Part shown: positions 10,603 to 22,459 of the stretch, in pieces
Numbering within the stretch: position 1 is the stretch's first letter
Layout of the letters: each line of letters starts with the position of its first letter
Sequence record: OQ025076.1
DNA: 64,000 bases
Origin: Escherichia phage vB_EcoP_YF01
Reading direction: 5' to 3' (one strand)
Program-made: the position numbers and the translations under genes
Notes under the pieces: generated by a model
Seen by the model: the letters and a program-made list of their open reading frames with translations, nothing else
What the model was told of the DNA's origin: nothing
The model's database searches: none

Positions 10603-12252
10603 ATGCAACAGACAACTTACGCTCAGGTCAGAAGTCGTGACCCGAGAAATACTTTCTATGGTGTTAATCCGGGAGCGGCTTCGGCCTCTCCTTATATGGC
10701 TAGACCAACTCAGACAGCAGATATTTCTATGTATCAACGTCCTGCTATACCTGCTGGGCTTTCCTCTCTTGTAGGTCAAACTTCAGTAGATTATCAGAAT
10801 ATGTTGAATCCTGTTCAGAGTAATGGTCTTCCTTCTGATATCCCAAATGATGTACAACCTCAAGCACAACAGGCTGTAACTCTTCCTGAGTTTGAGAATC
10901 AAGAAACCATGCAAGCTGCTGGACTTTCTCCTTCTTCTATTCCTCCAGAATCAGAACCTCTTCCGGTAACACCTCCTACTAAACCGTTAGAAGCTGGTCC
11001 TATGGAGTTTACTCCTTCTCAGGTGGAACAGGCACAAGGTGTGATTAATACTCTTGCCCAAGGACAAGACGCTGGTGATGGAATGACTGCTGCTACTCGT
11101 GCTAAAGATCAGGAACGTGTTAACAACGATATCTTGCAAGTTGCGAAAGCTAAAGACCCTTCGGAAGCTTGGAACAAACTACAGAAAGAACCATTCTACC
11201 AAAACTCCAGTTTCTACACAGGTTTGATGGGTGTAGGTCTTTCCATTATGTCAGGTAAGTCTCCTATTGAAGCTTTCCAGATTGGTCAGGGAATGGCTAA
11301 TCAAGATGAGACTAAGAAGCAACTGGAAGCTAACCGTGATGCTCTGATTGAACAAGGCTTCTCTCAAGACTCGATCGCAGCTGCTATTGCTAACGGAGAC
11401 CCGTCTCTACTGAAGATGAGAGCTGTAGACCCTGCTCAGAAAGAAGCGCTGTATGCTGCTCGTGAAGAACGACAAAATGCTGAATGGGATAGACGTCAAC
11501 AGATTCAAGAGCAAACTATGCGTGAGCGTGCTGATGAAACTCGTCGTGCCGCTGAAGAAAGAGCTAACATGAACTTTGAACGTCAGAAAGAGTTGATTGG
11601 TTATCGTGATAAGGTTAAGGCTGAACGTGCTGAACAAGCTGCTCAGAGTTTTAACTTTAACCCGAAAGAAGTTCGTCTTGCTCAGAATACAGCTGAAGGT
11701 ACGGTTGCTAAGCAGTGGGCAGAGAAAGGTGGCCTGTTTAACCAGTCTAACAAAGACTTGGATTTGGCTGACAAAGCAGTTAAAGATAAAGACTACCAGA
11801 CAGCTCGTTCTGCTTACATGCAGGCTATCATGAACTCCGCAAGGGCTGAAATCGGTGCTACTCGTTCTCTTACCGAAGAAGACTTGGGGCACTTTGCAGA
11901 AGACCCATCAATCTTCGTTCGTGTTGGCAACAAGTTTGCACTGAAATCTGGATGGCGTCCTACTGATTCTGCTCTTGCTTATGCTCGTAAGCAAGCTAAC
12001 GTTGGTCACACCTCTGCAATGAAAGGTGTTGCTGATGCTAAGAGAGCTACGATTGAAGCTTACATCGGTTCTGGTATGGATAAGAAGAGAGCTACTGCAT
12101 TGGTTAACCGTGCAATCCCTTCTGGTGGTTTCTATGACCCTCTAGGTGTTTTCTCTGAACAAGCAGAAGAAGCAGTTGGTGGTGCAGCAACCAATCCTAA
12201 GCTTAATGGTGCTTTATCAGCTGTCGAAGACACTAGCTGGTTTACTCAATAA
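10603..12252 (+). CDS. Virion/internal protein
   Basis: TAGGAG SD; Pro/Gln-rich N-terminus, coiled-coil middle; 549 aa. Confidence 0.5.
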   Translation: MQQTTYAQVRSRDPRNTFYGVNPGAASASPYMARPTQTADISMYQRPAIPAGLSSLVGQTSVDYQNMLNPVQSNGLPSDIPNDVQPQAQQAVTLPEFENQETMQAAGLSPSSIPPESEPLPVTPPTKPLEAGPMEFTPSQVEQAQGVINTLAQGQDAGDGMTAATRAKDQERVNNDILQVAKAKDPSEAWNKLQKEPFYQNSSFYTGLMGVGLSIMSGKSPIEAFQIGQGMANQDETKKQLEANRDALIEQGFSQDSIAAAIANGDPSLLKMRAVDPAQKEALYAAREERQNAEWDRRQQIQEQTMRERADETRRAAEERANMNFERQKELIGYRDKVKAERAEQAAQSFNFNPKEVRLAQNTAEGTVAKQWAEKGGLFNQSNKDLDLADKAVKDKDYQTARSAYMQAIMNSARAEIGATRSLTEEDLGHFAEDPSIFVRVGNKFALKSGWRPTDSALAYARKQANVGHTSAMKGVADAKRATIEAYIGSGMDKKRATALVNRAIPSGGFYDPLGVFSEQAEEAVGGAATNPKLNGALSAVEDTSWFTQ

Positions 12253-12272
12253 GACCTAAGTCCTGCCTTCTA

Positions 12273-12281
12273 TAATGTATA
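12273..12281 (+). promoter_or_regulatory. Putative phage-specific promoter element TAATGTATA
   Basis: Exact 9-mer TAATGTATA 39 nt upstream of the SD-supported ATG at 12320; same 9-mer recurs upstream of minus-strand genes at 22451 and 29925. Confidence 0.5.
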
Positions 12282-12319
12282 TAGGGGGTAGGACATTTTT
12301 ATTTATAAAAGGAGACGTT

Positions 12320-15300
12320 ATGGCTAACATTAAACCGTGGGAAGAAGCTTCCAAAGCTCCTGCGTATCTGAATGCCTCTCCGGAGCAACAAGCTCAAATG
12401 AGAGAACAATATAAGGCAGCAGGTGGCTCTATTCCTGAGGAACAACCAGTAGCACAACCACAACAAGAAGAACGTGGTGCTATAGGTGAGTTTGCTCAAG
12501 GTGTGTCAAATGCTCTTCAATCTGGTGGTGCAAATATTGCAGCTAGTGCTGCTAAAGGTATTGGTGGTTTAGTTGAGATTGGTGAGAATCTAGCTGGAGC
12601 ACAAACTAGTTATGGTAAGCGTATCCAAGAGAACTCTCAGAACCTTCTGAAAGAACGTATGGATAAGATTGAGGATGGGATTGGTAAAACTGTCGGTCAG
12701 TATGCTGGTGTTGCTGGTGATATCGGTTTGACAGTTGCTAACCCATTGGCTGCTGCTGCTATCATCGCAGGTCGTGAGACAGGTCGTGCATATGCAGACC
12801 AAACCCCTGAAGAGGGAGAAGATAAGTCTATTCTAGATGCAGCCTTAGTTGGTGGTGCTAACTATGCGGCTCAGAGAATCCTTCCGGGTGCTGTCGGTAC
12901 AGCTGAATCCACACTTGGACGTATTGGTCAGAACGTTGCTAGTAACGCAGTGGCTGGTGCTAAAGGTGGTGCTCTTGTGGGTGCTGCTGAAGCTCAGAAT
13001 AAGCACGGAGATGACACAACCTTTGCTAATGTATTAGAAGGTGCTATCGAAGAAGGTGCTATGGGTGCTGCATTCGGTGGTGCAGTTGGTGGGGTTCATG
13101 GTTTGATTAGCCGTCCGGATTCTGCTGTCTTCAAGAATACTCCAGAGTATGCGAAGACTGATATTGCTGCTGATGATGAACTAATTCGTAGTGCTAAGAA
13201 CATTGATGAACTGAAAGAAGCTTACTCTAAAGCTGAAACTGCTAACGCTGCTTCTGCTCTGAATCTTCTGGATGAGAATGGATTCCGTATTACGGATGCT
13301 GTTGCTGTGGACTCTCCTGCTGCTCAGCGTATTCTTAATACTGACCAAGCTCGTGCTGAGAAAGCTGCTTCTGTTCAGAAAGAACATTCCAACATTCCGG
13401 GCCTTAATCCTTTAGCTTCTCCTGCTAAGACTCGTGGTAAAGCGTTTGCTGATAATGAGCACAACCAGAAGCAGGCTGTTGCTATGAAGGATGCAATGGC
13501 TGACTACACCAAAGACAACACGAAAGCTCTTACAGATGTTCTAGATAACCTAGACCGTGAATTAACTTCTCTCCGAGCTTCTGGTGATTTTACTGGTAGT
13601 CCGATCGATATTAAGAATCGTACACAAGCTGACCGTGATTTCATTGATGCTTACAAGACTTTCTACAATGAAGCAAATCGATTCAAAGCTCGCGAAGGTG
13701 AAGATTTTAATAACTTTGTAGAGAAAGCTACTGAACTACAGAAGATGGCTGATAATGTTTCTCCAGAGATGAAGAAAGCTATCGGTGGGTTGAAGAAACT
13801 GAAAGGTATGCCTGAAGGTTTTAATCCTATCCAAGATGCTTACACTCTGAACAATACGGCTAAGTTTATGAGCAACCAAGATCGTGGTTGGACTTCCCTG
13901 ACTGATGATGGATTCCGTGAAGCTTCTTCACCTAGTCTGGTAATGAACACTCTCGGTGCTGCTAAGTATGCTCTGAATCGCTTCTCTTCTCAGCGTGCTC
14001 GCTCTCAACGTGTTAAGCAACAAGAATCTAACAGTGAAGCTATCCGCTCTCTGGCTCGTGGTGATTTGGAAGTTGCTCGTGCTAAATCTACTGCTGATGA
14101 AGCTCGTGCTAAGATGGAAGAACCAGTTGTTGATGACATTAAATTTAAGACGCAAAATGACGTGGAAACCGAACCGGTTCGGGAGACTTCTTCTAGTACT
14201 GTGACGGAAGAAAATCTTCCTTCTTCTGCTCCTCAAGAAACCCCTCTTACAGCTCGTGATTTAGTTGCGCAAAGACGTGCTATCCGTCAGGCTGAACAGC
14301 GTCGCGCTGAAGAAGAGGCAGCAGCTGCTCAAGAAGCTCCGGTCGAACAAGCTCCACAGGCTGAACCTCTCCCTGCTCGTAACCCTCTAGAGGAGCGTCG
14401 TGCAATGGAACAGCAACGTGCTCAAGAAGAGGCCGTACAGGCTCCAGAACCAACCGTAGAGGAACCAACAGTCAAAGCTGAGCCATTACCTGCTCGTGCT
14501 CCTAAAGCTCCTAAGGAAGCTGTACAGGACGTTAAACCGGCAAGTGGTGTAGAACGTTTAGCTGCTATGTCTAGTGCTGCTCGTCAGGCTACTAAAGATC
14601 GTGCAGAACGTTTTGCTCGTTCTCTGTACTCCAAGGCTACTAAAGCTAAAGCTACTGCTGAAAACTTCTTGGCTTACAAGGGTGATCCTAAAGAGTTGAT
14701 GCGTCGTATTCGTCAGGAAGATAATGCTATCAACACTGAACGTCATGAAGAGATGGCTCGTAATCAGCTAGCTTCTCAGCAAGGTATTGCTACTGCTAAG
14801 AACAACACTGTACGAACTAATTTTGCTGAATGGGTTAAGGAACGTGGTCTGCCAGAAGACGTTGCTACTAAGGCATTACGTGCTGAAGAGAAAGGTTTAG
14901 GTGGGAACGTAACTAACTTGGATAGTCTGAAACGTCGTGCTGAAAGGTTGTATCAGAAGCAGCGTGAGGATGAGTTTGATAGACTGTACCAAGAAGCTCT
15001 GGAAGAGAATAAAGCTTTCGATAAGAAGGATGCTCCTAAACTGGTTGACCAGAAGAAAGAGCTTCAGTCTGAGATTGATACTTTGATTGATTCAGAACCT
15101 TTACGTCCTGCTCAGAAAGATGCTATGCGTAAGCTGATGAATGATTTTGTAGATGGGAAGTTTAAATCTTCAGAGAAGGCTGGTAGAGAAGAGGCTTTGG
15201 AAGTTGGTCAGATGAAGGATGTTTGGGATGGGTTTATTAACACCTATAACAGAGAAGTGAATGCCTTCAATAAAGCTAACAAGAACTCTCAGTACGAAGC

Positions 15301-16738
15301 TGCTGCTAAGCATTTACAGGCTCGTGAAGAACGTCTTGCTACTCTGAGAAATAAAGCTCGGGCTCGTTCAGATGCTAAGGCTGCTGTTGAGAATGAACGT
15401 AAAACTCTAGAGGCTATTGCAGCTCAGAAGAGTGAGATTGAGAAGATGATGGAAGGTTTACCTAAACCTGTTCGTGAGGCTCAGGAATCTCGTACATTGA
15501 AACAGTTGGCTGCTCACCATGACAAGAACTCTCCAGTTCCTCCAGAGAAGTTCCGTAGTTACATTGAACGTATCCACAACGCCGAGTCAGATTACCTTGA
15601 TCGTCAGCGTCGTTTAACTGATGCAGAGGAAGATGCTCGTCAGGCCAAATGGAACAAGATGTATGAGCAAGCGGAAGAGATGAACCGTAAGTTTGATGTG
15701 GACAAGAGAGTTAAGCGCAGTGAAGAGCTTAAAGCGGCCCAAGAGCGTGAGAATGACCTTATGGCAGTACAACGTCAACGTGATGACATTCATCGCCGCC
15801 TGATGCGTACTATGGAAGATAAGGGCATATCTAGAGAGGATGCTGAAGCATTTGCTGGTTCCTATATGGATAACCGTTATGCACTTCTTGAGAAGCCTAT
15901 GACTCCTACTGAACATCAGAATGCTCGTTCTCGTATCGAAGCTGATGTTGAGAAGTTTGCTAAGAAATACGAATCAATGACTCCTATCGAGAAAGAGATT
16001 GTTAAGGTTACTGGAGATACTGAAGGTAAGCTTGATAACTTGGATGCGGATACTAGGAAGGCTATTGAGGAGGCTCAGAAGGTTGACTCTGATATTAAGA
16101 AACTGCAAGAGGAAGAGTTGGAGATGGAGAAGATTCGTTCTGCTCTGCCTGATGATGAAAAATCTCAAGCAAATTCTGATATCTTGGAAAGCATTAAACA
16201 ACAGGAAGAAGTCTTTGCTGATAAAGTAGAGAAAGCTTTCTTGAGTGGGAAAAGCTTGGATGAGTTGGCTAGTGTGGCTGAAGTTTTAGACAGGGTTCAT
16301 GGTGCAGATAAGGCTGGTAACAACCGTCGCTTTGTACGTGCATTGCAGACTGCTGCTGAAAACAAGAAGAAGTATGGTGATAATCCAGTAGCTTGGTTTA
16401 GTGCTGATGATTACTCTGCCATTGCTAAACTTGGTGCTTCTTCCGCAGGTGGTAACAAATCCAGAGCACTGGAGAAGATCTTTGGTTCTACAGCTGAACA
16501 GGCTAAGAGTAAGTTGCTTGGTAGGGATGATGTAGCGAAGATGAGACGTGTGATTGAAGAGAACCCTGATATCAAGATTCCTTCTTACAAGACAACAAAT
16601 CGTACTGAGTACTTGCAGTTCTTGGAGAAGTTTAATGAAGAAGGGAAGCCGAAGATTAAACGTGGCTCATTGTCAGAGAAGCTTGAACGCAGTAAGCGTC
16701 AATCGAGACTCCGTGTAAGAGTTCGACCTAAGGAGTGA
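12320..16738 (+). CDS. Large coiled-coil internal virion/ejection protein (~1470 aa)
   Basis: ATG at 12320 with AAAGGAGA SD (track start 12275 lacks SD); Ala/Glu/Lys/Arg-rich coiled-coil composition. Confidence 0.55.
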   Translation: MANIKPWEEASKAPAYLNASPEQQAQMREQYKAAGGSIPEEQPVAQPQQEERGAIGEFAQGVSNALQSGGANIAASAAKGIGGLVEIGENLAGAQTSYGKRIQENSQNLLKERMDKIEDGIGKTVGQYAGVAGDIGLTVANPLAAAAIIAGRETGRAYADQTPEEGEDKSILDAALVGGANYAAQRILPGAVGTAESTLGRIGQNVASNAVAGAKGGALVGAAEAQNKHGDDTTFANVLEGAIEEGAMGAAFGGAVGGVHGLISRPDSAVFKNTPEYAKTDIAADDELIRSAKNIDELKEAYSKAETANAASALNLLDENGFRITDAVAVDSPAAQRILNTDQARAEKAASVQKEHSNIPGLNPLASPAKTRGKAFADNEHNQKQAVAMKDAMADYTKDNTKALTDVLDNLDRELTSLRASGDFTGSPIDIKNRTQADRDFIDAYKTFYNEANRFKAREGEDFNNFVEKATELQKMADNVSPEMKKAIGGLKKLKGMPEGFNPIQDAYTLNNTAKFMSNQDRGWTSLTDDGFREASSPSLVMNTLGAAKYALNRFSSQRARSQRVKQQESNSEAIRSLARGDLEVARAKSTADEARAKMEEPVVDDIKFKTQNDVETEPVRETSSSTVTEENLPSSAPQETPLTARDLVAQRRAIRQAEQRRAEEEAAAAQEAPVEQAPQAEPLPARNPLEERRAMEQQRAQEEAVQAPEPTVEEPTVKAEPLPARAPKAPKEAVQDVKPASGVERLAAMSSAARQATKDRAERFARSLYSKATKAKATAENFLAYKGDPKELMRRIRQEDNAINTERHEEMARNQLASQQGIATAKNNTVRTNFAEWVKERGLPEDVATKALRAEEKGLGGNVTNLDSLKRRAERLYQKQREDEFDRLYQEALEENKAFDKKDAPKLVDQKKELQSEIDTLIDSEPLRPAQKDAMRKLMNDFVDGKFKSSEKAGREEALEVGQMKDVWDGFINTYNREVNAFNKANKNSQYEAAAKHLQAREERLATLRNKARARSDAKAAVENERKTLEAIAAQKSEIEKMMEGLPKPVREAQESRTLKQLAAHHDKNSPVPPEKFRSYIERIHNAESDYLDRQRRLTDAEEDARQAKWNKMYEQAEEMNRKFDVDKRVKRSEELKAAQERENDLMAVQRQRDDIHRRLMRTMEDKGISREDAEAFAGSYMDNRYALLEKPMTPTEHQNARSRIEADVEKFAKKYESMTPIEKEIVKVTGDTEGKLDNLDADTRKAIEEAQKVDSDIKKLQEEELEMEKIRSALPDDEKSQANSDILESIKQQEEVFADKVEKAFLSGKSLDELASVAEVLDRVHGADKAGNNRRFVRALQTAAENKKKYGDNPVAWFSADDYSAIAKLGASSAGGNKSRALEKIFGSTAEQAKSKLLGRDDVAKMRRVIEENPDIKIPSYKTTNRTEYLQFLEKFNEEGKPKIKRGSLSEKLERSKRQSRLRVRVRPKE

Positions 16739-16744
16739 TAAAAG

Positions 16745-16790
16745 AAAAGCCCCCTTCCTTTCGGTTGGGGGGCTTTATTATTTCTAAGTT
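16745..16790. terminator. Bidirectional rho-independent terminator between convergent plus and minus gene blocks
   Basis: AAAAGCCCCC...GGGGGGCTTT hairpin flanked by A-run and T-run; lies where the plus-strand late block meets the minus-strand block. Confidence 0.6.
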
Positions 16791-16928
16791 TTAAAAACCA
16801 TCAAATTCGTCATACATCCCAATTTTCTTCAGAGGTCTGGGCGTTCATCTTCAAAGCACCCTGAGATGCCTCCATAGAACCAATCTGATTTACTTACAAG
16901 GATAACAACTTCTTCATTCATATCCCCT

Positions 16929-17091
16929 CCTAGATTGTGTTTATAAAATTAGTAAGTTTCTCTTCACTTTCATCAAAAGCTTTTCCAGCTGCTTCCATCT
17001 CCCAAGTATCGGCATTGTCAATAAAGCTCTGAGCTTCTAATAGATCGTGGATTAGGTCGAAGAGTTTATTTTTATCTGCTTGTGTGATCAT
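16929..17091 (-). CDS. Small acidic hypothetical protein (53 aa)
   Basis: ATG with AGGAAC SD; translation MITQADKNKLFDLIHDLLEAQSFIDNADTWEMEAAGKAFDESEEKLTNFINTI; below the ORF-track length cutoff. Confidence 0.3.
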
Positions 17092-17099
17092 GTAAGTTC

Positions 17100-17357
17100 C
17101 TAGATTAAATCATAATACTGAATAATGTCAGAGAGTTTGAATTCTCGAATCTCATCTTTCTCTACATCTATCGCTGTCATAATCCAACAAGGTTTGCCAC
17201 CGTTATGAAAACGGGAGCTAGCAACGGAGGTTCGGAGTGGAATAACGGACCGGTCAGCAACCTCGCCTCTCCAATTGCGATAGCGAAAGCGAAGCACTTG
17301 TTGCGTAGATTTTTGATCATCATTCATTTCCTTTTTTGAATTGTTTTCTTGCATCAT
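17100..17357 (-). CDS. Hypothetical protein
   Basis: ORF 17100-17468 in track; start trimmed to ATG-ATG at 17357 to reduce overlap with the HNH gene; no recognised motif. Confidence 0.35.
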   Translation of the reverse strand: MMQENNSKKEMNDDQKSTQQVLRFRYRNWRGEVADRSVIPLRTSVASSRFHNGGKPCWIMTAIDVEKDEIREFKLSDIIQYYDLI

Positions 17358-17721
17358 TCTCTTCTTTTGTTTTAATCTTATGACAAGGGTCTTTACACAG
17401 AACCTGAAACCCTTCTTTCTCACACAGAGCACGAGAGATGATTTCATCCCAAGTTGCTTCATGGTCAAGAGGAACTATAGGTTCTATGTGGTCAATAGCC
17501 ATATCCTTTACAGGGTGGTCAGAGCCACACATGGCACACTTGAAGTGCATTGCCAGTCTGCCTGTCTTTGGATTAATCTTCTGTTCTGTCTTGGCGTCTG
17601 CTAGTGCATCAAACATGGGCTTCCACTTTCTAGTCAGAGAACGAATCCCTGACTTGATGAAAGAGTTGTAACGAGCTTCAGTCCACATTCCACTACAGCG
17701 AGTCTTCTCAGACTTCGCCAT
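17320..17721 (-). CDS. HNH endonuclease
   Basis: Motif HPVKDMAIDHIEPIVPLDHEATWDE...CKDPCHKIK (HNH with Cys/His zinc ligands). Confidence 0.7.
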   Translation of the reverse strand: MAKSEKTRCSGMWTEARYNSFIKSGIRSLTRKWKPMFDALADAKTEQKINPKTGRLAMHFKCAMCGSDHPVKDMAIDHIEPIVPLDHEATWDEIISRALCEKEGFQVLCKDPCHKIKTKEENDARKQFKKGNE

Positions 17722-17887
17722 AATCAGCTTCTTCCCAAACTCGTTTGTTTACACGATGGCTTACTTTGCCCTCACGAGGAATACGACCAGTCCGCTGATC
17801 AAACAGTTGATGTTTAATCTTTTGGTCTTTACGAGATTCACGATTGGATGAGTTTTCATCATATGAACGATAATCAAATTTACCCAT
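17708..17887 (-). CDS. Small hypothetical protein (59 aa)
   Basis: ATG-initiated ORF MGKFDYRSYDENSSNRES... overlapping the HNH start by 14 nt; not in track (below cutoff). Confidence 0.25.
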   Translation of the reverse strand: MGKFDYRSYDENSSNRESRKDQKIKHQLFDQRTGRIPREGKVSHRVNKRVWEEADYGEV

Positions 17888-17900
17888 TATAATATCCTTA

Positions 17901-18728
17901 TTACCAAGATTTATCTAACCATGTCCAGTCGAACAGGTCTTCCGGAGTCTGACCAACAAAGAGAAGCCGAGCATTCTCGAGCATCTTCTCTTCATCTTCA
18001 GTATCGAACTTCTTATAATATTCCATTCGTACTATATGATACATGGTCCACTTATCTGTAACACCAGCCAACAGTTTAGCTGCTGCTTTCTTCCCTATTC
18101 CTTGACGTCGAAGCTGGAGCTTACCACCCCACATAACTTCTTTACGTTCTCCACATCCGGGGATATTATCTGTATCATCTCCAACCAGCATCTGATAGAA
18201 GAAATTTTGCCATGAAACTAAATCAGACACGTAGTGAGGGGGAACCTCTTTCTGTCTTTCTCCACAAGCCCAACGATAATGCCATCCGGGAGTTATCAAC
18301 AAATCTTTGTCTCTAGTACAGATGATAGTATTCTTATCTCTGCGTTGCCTTTCGGCTAGTGCATCGTCAGCCTCTCTCCCAAATACGTCTATGTATTCAT
18401 ATTTACCTTTAATATAATCGCCAACGTTTTGCCAGTGAAAAGGTCTTTCTCCGGGAGGTCTATTTGCTTTGTAGTCTTGCTGCTTAGCAACATCAAAACG
18501 GAAGTTACCACCTTCGCTGAAGTAGAACACAACCTTACTACAACCTGATCGAGCTATGATTGTATCAATCTTATACTGAAGTCGTTCAATCATGAAATTG
18601 TAATCAACTGGAACACGTCCTGTGTCAAGAAAGAGATGCTCCTGAGTAAGAGCACCCACTTCATATCGAAGAACGTCAGCGTCCACTATAGCAACTTCAG
18701 GGAGCTTAACTTCTTCCATAAATATCAT
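17901..18728 (-). CDS. 5'-3' exonuclease / flap endonuclease (FEN)
   Basis: Motifs LVGDDTDNIPGCG and GIGKKAAAKLL (H3TH); track start 18743 is TTG, ATG at 18728 or 18719 more likely. Confidence 0.8.
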   Translation of the reverse strand: MIFMEEVKLPEVAIVDADVLRYEVGALTQEHLFLDTGRVPVDYNFMIERLQYKIDTIIARSGCSKVVFYFSEGGNFRFDVAKQQDYKANRPPGERPFHWQNVGDYIKGKYEYIDVFGREADDALAERQRRDKNTIICTRDKDLLITPGWHYRWACGERQKEVPPHYVSDLVSWQNFFYQMLVGDDTDNIPGCGERKEVMWGGKLQLRRQGIGKKAAAKLLAGVTDKWTMYHIVRMEYYKKFDTEDEEKMLENARLLFVGQTPEDLFDWTWLDKSW

Positions 18729-19595
18729 CCTGAGCTTGAGCAATAATCCAATCTAGATCTGACACTGCTGATTCAATAGTTGAGTCATTAAACAGTAGAT
18801 ATGTTTTTCTCTGTTCGCCTTCAATATATGAGCGAGAGTCTCCATCAAAAGAGCAACCATCTCTAAGAACTTGGACAACTTGGACATGGAAATTCTTTTC
18901 TAGTTCTCGTACCTCTGCATTAAAACCTCCGTCAGTAAACATGACAATATCATCCTGACCTAGTCCTTCTTGTTTGATGCTTTTTACAGCAAGATTCCCC
19001 ATATGGTTGTTGCCAAACATAGGTTTTAAGAAATCTTCACTTGTAGAAATCATCAAATCTCTTACAGACTTCCCTCCCCATTCTGGTCTAGGTTTTTCTT
19101 TCCATTCACGATCTTCATAGCGTGCTAGAAAGTTTTCTAGAGGTATTCCTAGTGCAGCAGCAGCTACTCTGTACATTGGCTCCTTGAAGGATTTGGTTGA
19201 ATATCCATGGTGGTATGAATGGGCATTGACCCAAGCATTGGCTATCGTATCTTTACCACAACCCGGAGGCCCATTAAGAATTACTACTAAAGGCTTATAG
19301 TGGGAATCTCCCACCATATTGGTCAGTGCTGGATTGCCTTGAGATTCCATTTCTAATTGCTCCGTGTGGTCATGTGAGTAGTCTACTGGAGAAGTTTTGT
19401 TACCAGTAACTTTAGGTAAAATCGCTCTAGTTGTTTCTACGTATTTACCGCCATCAACATTTATTTGAAACTCTACAAGCTCATTCTGTAACTCATACCC
19501 TGATAAGTTGGATAGCTCCTCCAACTCATTTCTGACGAAATTTAAATGTTTGATTTTAATTGCAAGAGCTTTCTTTAAAGCTTTTACCTCTTCAT

Positions 19596-19599
<4 letters not shown>
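18706..19599 (-). CDS. P-loop nucleotide kinase (putative dNMP kinase)
   Basis: Walker A VILNGPPGCGKDT; ATG at 19599 with GGAG SD and ATGA overlap with upstream stop (track start 19605 is GTG). Confidence 0.55.
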
Positions 19600-21091
<1,492 letters not shown>

Positions 21092-21092
<1 letters not shown>

Positions 21093-21352
21093 TATTCTAT
21101 TCCACGCTCTTTCAGAGCTTCTAACAATCCATTGTGATTAGCAGCACATTCTGTGTACTGGTCCTGATACCACTCCAACGTAGTGGCTAGTGCTTTTCCT
21201 TGAGCACTTTCTAAAAGAGGTAGGTCAACCCTACATTCAGCTTTTAGGTTTGTTGGTAAGGGCATTGATTGCCTGCTGTTGTCGCTCGTTGAACAAGCTG
21301 ACATACTCATCACTAGCGCAGACATTATAAAAAACTGGTTTAGTTTTCTCAT
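21092..21352 (-). CDS. Outer-membrane spanin (o-spanin, Rz1-like lipoprotein)
   Basis: Signal peptide MRKLNQFFIMSALVMSMSAC with lipobox-like MSAC, Pro-rich mature part; start taken at internal ATG 21352; overlaps the i-spanin gene in another frame. Confidence 0.5.
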
Positions 21353-21611
21353 AATGCATCTCTTTATAAACGGTTTCCGTGTTCTTCTTCCAGTTAGATA
21401 AACCGGTAAGAACTCTCTGAGCAACTTCATCAGCTGCTCTACTTCTTTCAATCTCTAACTCTTGCTGGTGCTTCTCTTTGTCCAGATTACTGCTGTCTGT
21501 TTGATATTCGTTAAACTTCATACCACCAAAGAATACAAGAGCTGAGAAAACGATAAACCCTAAGTTATCACTTAATGTGTTTTGCATGTTGTCTCCAACG
21601 AAAAAAGCCAC
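21237..21611 (-). CDS. Inner-membrane spanin (i-spanin, Rz-like)
   Basis: N-terminal TM segment GFIVFSALVFFGG followed by charged coiled-coil periplasmic domain. Confidence 0.5.
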   Translation of the reverse strand: MAFFVGDNMQNTLSDNLGFIVFSALVFFGGMKFNEYQTDSSNLDKEKHQQELEIERSRAADEVAQRVLTGLSNWKKNTETVYKEMHYEKTKPVFYNVCASDEYVSLFNERQQQAINALTNKPKS

Positions 21612-21644
21612 CCGGAGGTGGCTAAGCTATAACAAGGAGAGTTA

Positions 21645-22391
21645 TTAGAATGGGCTATCGTTGTCGTCTTCGTAAGTAGAAGCAGGCTCTTTATCAATCG
21701 TAGGGATTGAAGGAGTAGCTTCTTTCTGCTCTGTTTCAGAAGCACGAGTAATTTCACGACCAGCCAGAGGCATGTTCTTAGCGTCATTAGCTTGGGTAAG
21801 CAGGTTGCGCTGGAACGGGAACATCAGTTGATAGGATGCTACGTTCTCATCGGTTTCCGCATATGGTTCGAAGAATACCAGAGGACTGCGAGCTTCACCA
21901 ACTGCTGCACGATATTTGGTTGGGATTGGAGAAATGGTTTTGATGGAGTTTTTAACTTCACCAGCTTTGTTAGTGTAAGAATTAACCAGAATATTAACAG
22001 GCTGACCTAACAGAACATCCTTGAACCAAGACAGATCACCTTTCAGTGCTTGAATACTTGGGTCAATCATCTTGCAAAGATCAAGAATACCAGAGTTCTT
22101 AGCTCGTGGGTTTACATCATAGCTCTTGAACTGGCAAGCCGGACGTGGTTCTAATGCCTTACCATCGGAATCTTTACCAGTAGCATCAACACCAATCAGC
22201 TCGAAAGCCAAATCCATACGGAAAGCTGGGTTCTTAGGAGTTACTGCTTTGGTCTTCGGGTCAATCCAAGGGTCACGATTGTGAACACCCAAACCTACTA
22301 CACGAACGATACGTGCTTCGTACTCACCATCAGGGATTACATCGTAGTTGGATTTACGGGAAGCAGTTGCGATAGTTGGAATCATAGACAT
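21645..22391 (-). CDS. Single-stranded DNA-binding protein (putative)
   Basis: Acidic C-terminal tail ...YEDDNDSPF typical of SSB tails; AAGGAA SD; placed in the replication module. Confidence 0.55.
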   Translation of the reverse strand: MSMIPTIATASRKSNYDVIPDGEYEARIVRVVGLGVHNRDPWIDPKTKAVTPKNPAFRMDLAFELIGVDATGKDSDGKALEPRPACQFKSYDVNPRAKNSGILDLCKMIDPSIQALKGDLSWFKDVLLGQPVNILVNSYTNKAGEVKNSIKTISPIPTKYRAAVGEARSPLVFFEPYAETDENVASYQLMFPFQRNLLTQANDAKNMPLAGREITRASETEQKEATPSIPTIDKEPASTYEDDNDSPF

Positions 22392-22450
22392 ATTTTAATT
22401 TCCTTATTTAATTTGAAAGATTGTTGCTCTCTTTGAGCGGTTATGTATAG

Positions 22451-22459
22451 TATACATTA
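22451..22459 (-). promoter_or_regulatory. Putative phage-specific promoter element TAATGTATA (minus strand)
   Basis: Plus-strand TATACATTA; 60 nt upstream of the SSB start codon in a 415-bp intergenic region. Confidence 0.5.

Noticed and set aside
12275-12319. ORF-track start at 12275 for the large virion protein (and 5674 for the fibre-like gene)
   Set aside because: Longest-ORF starts lack SD sequences and overlap a promoter or terminator; downstream ATGs at 12320 and 5740 have strong SDs.
21572-21787. 71-aa Leu-rich ORF overlapping the SSB gene as a possible holin
   Set aside because: Entirely embedded in another frame of the SSB and i-spanin coding region, with low-complexity translation; likely spurious.
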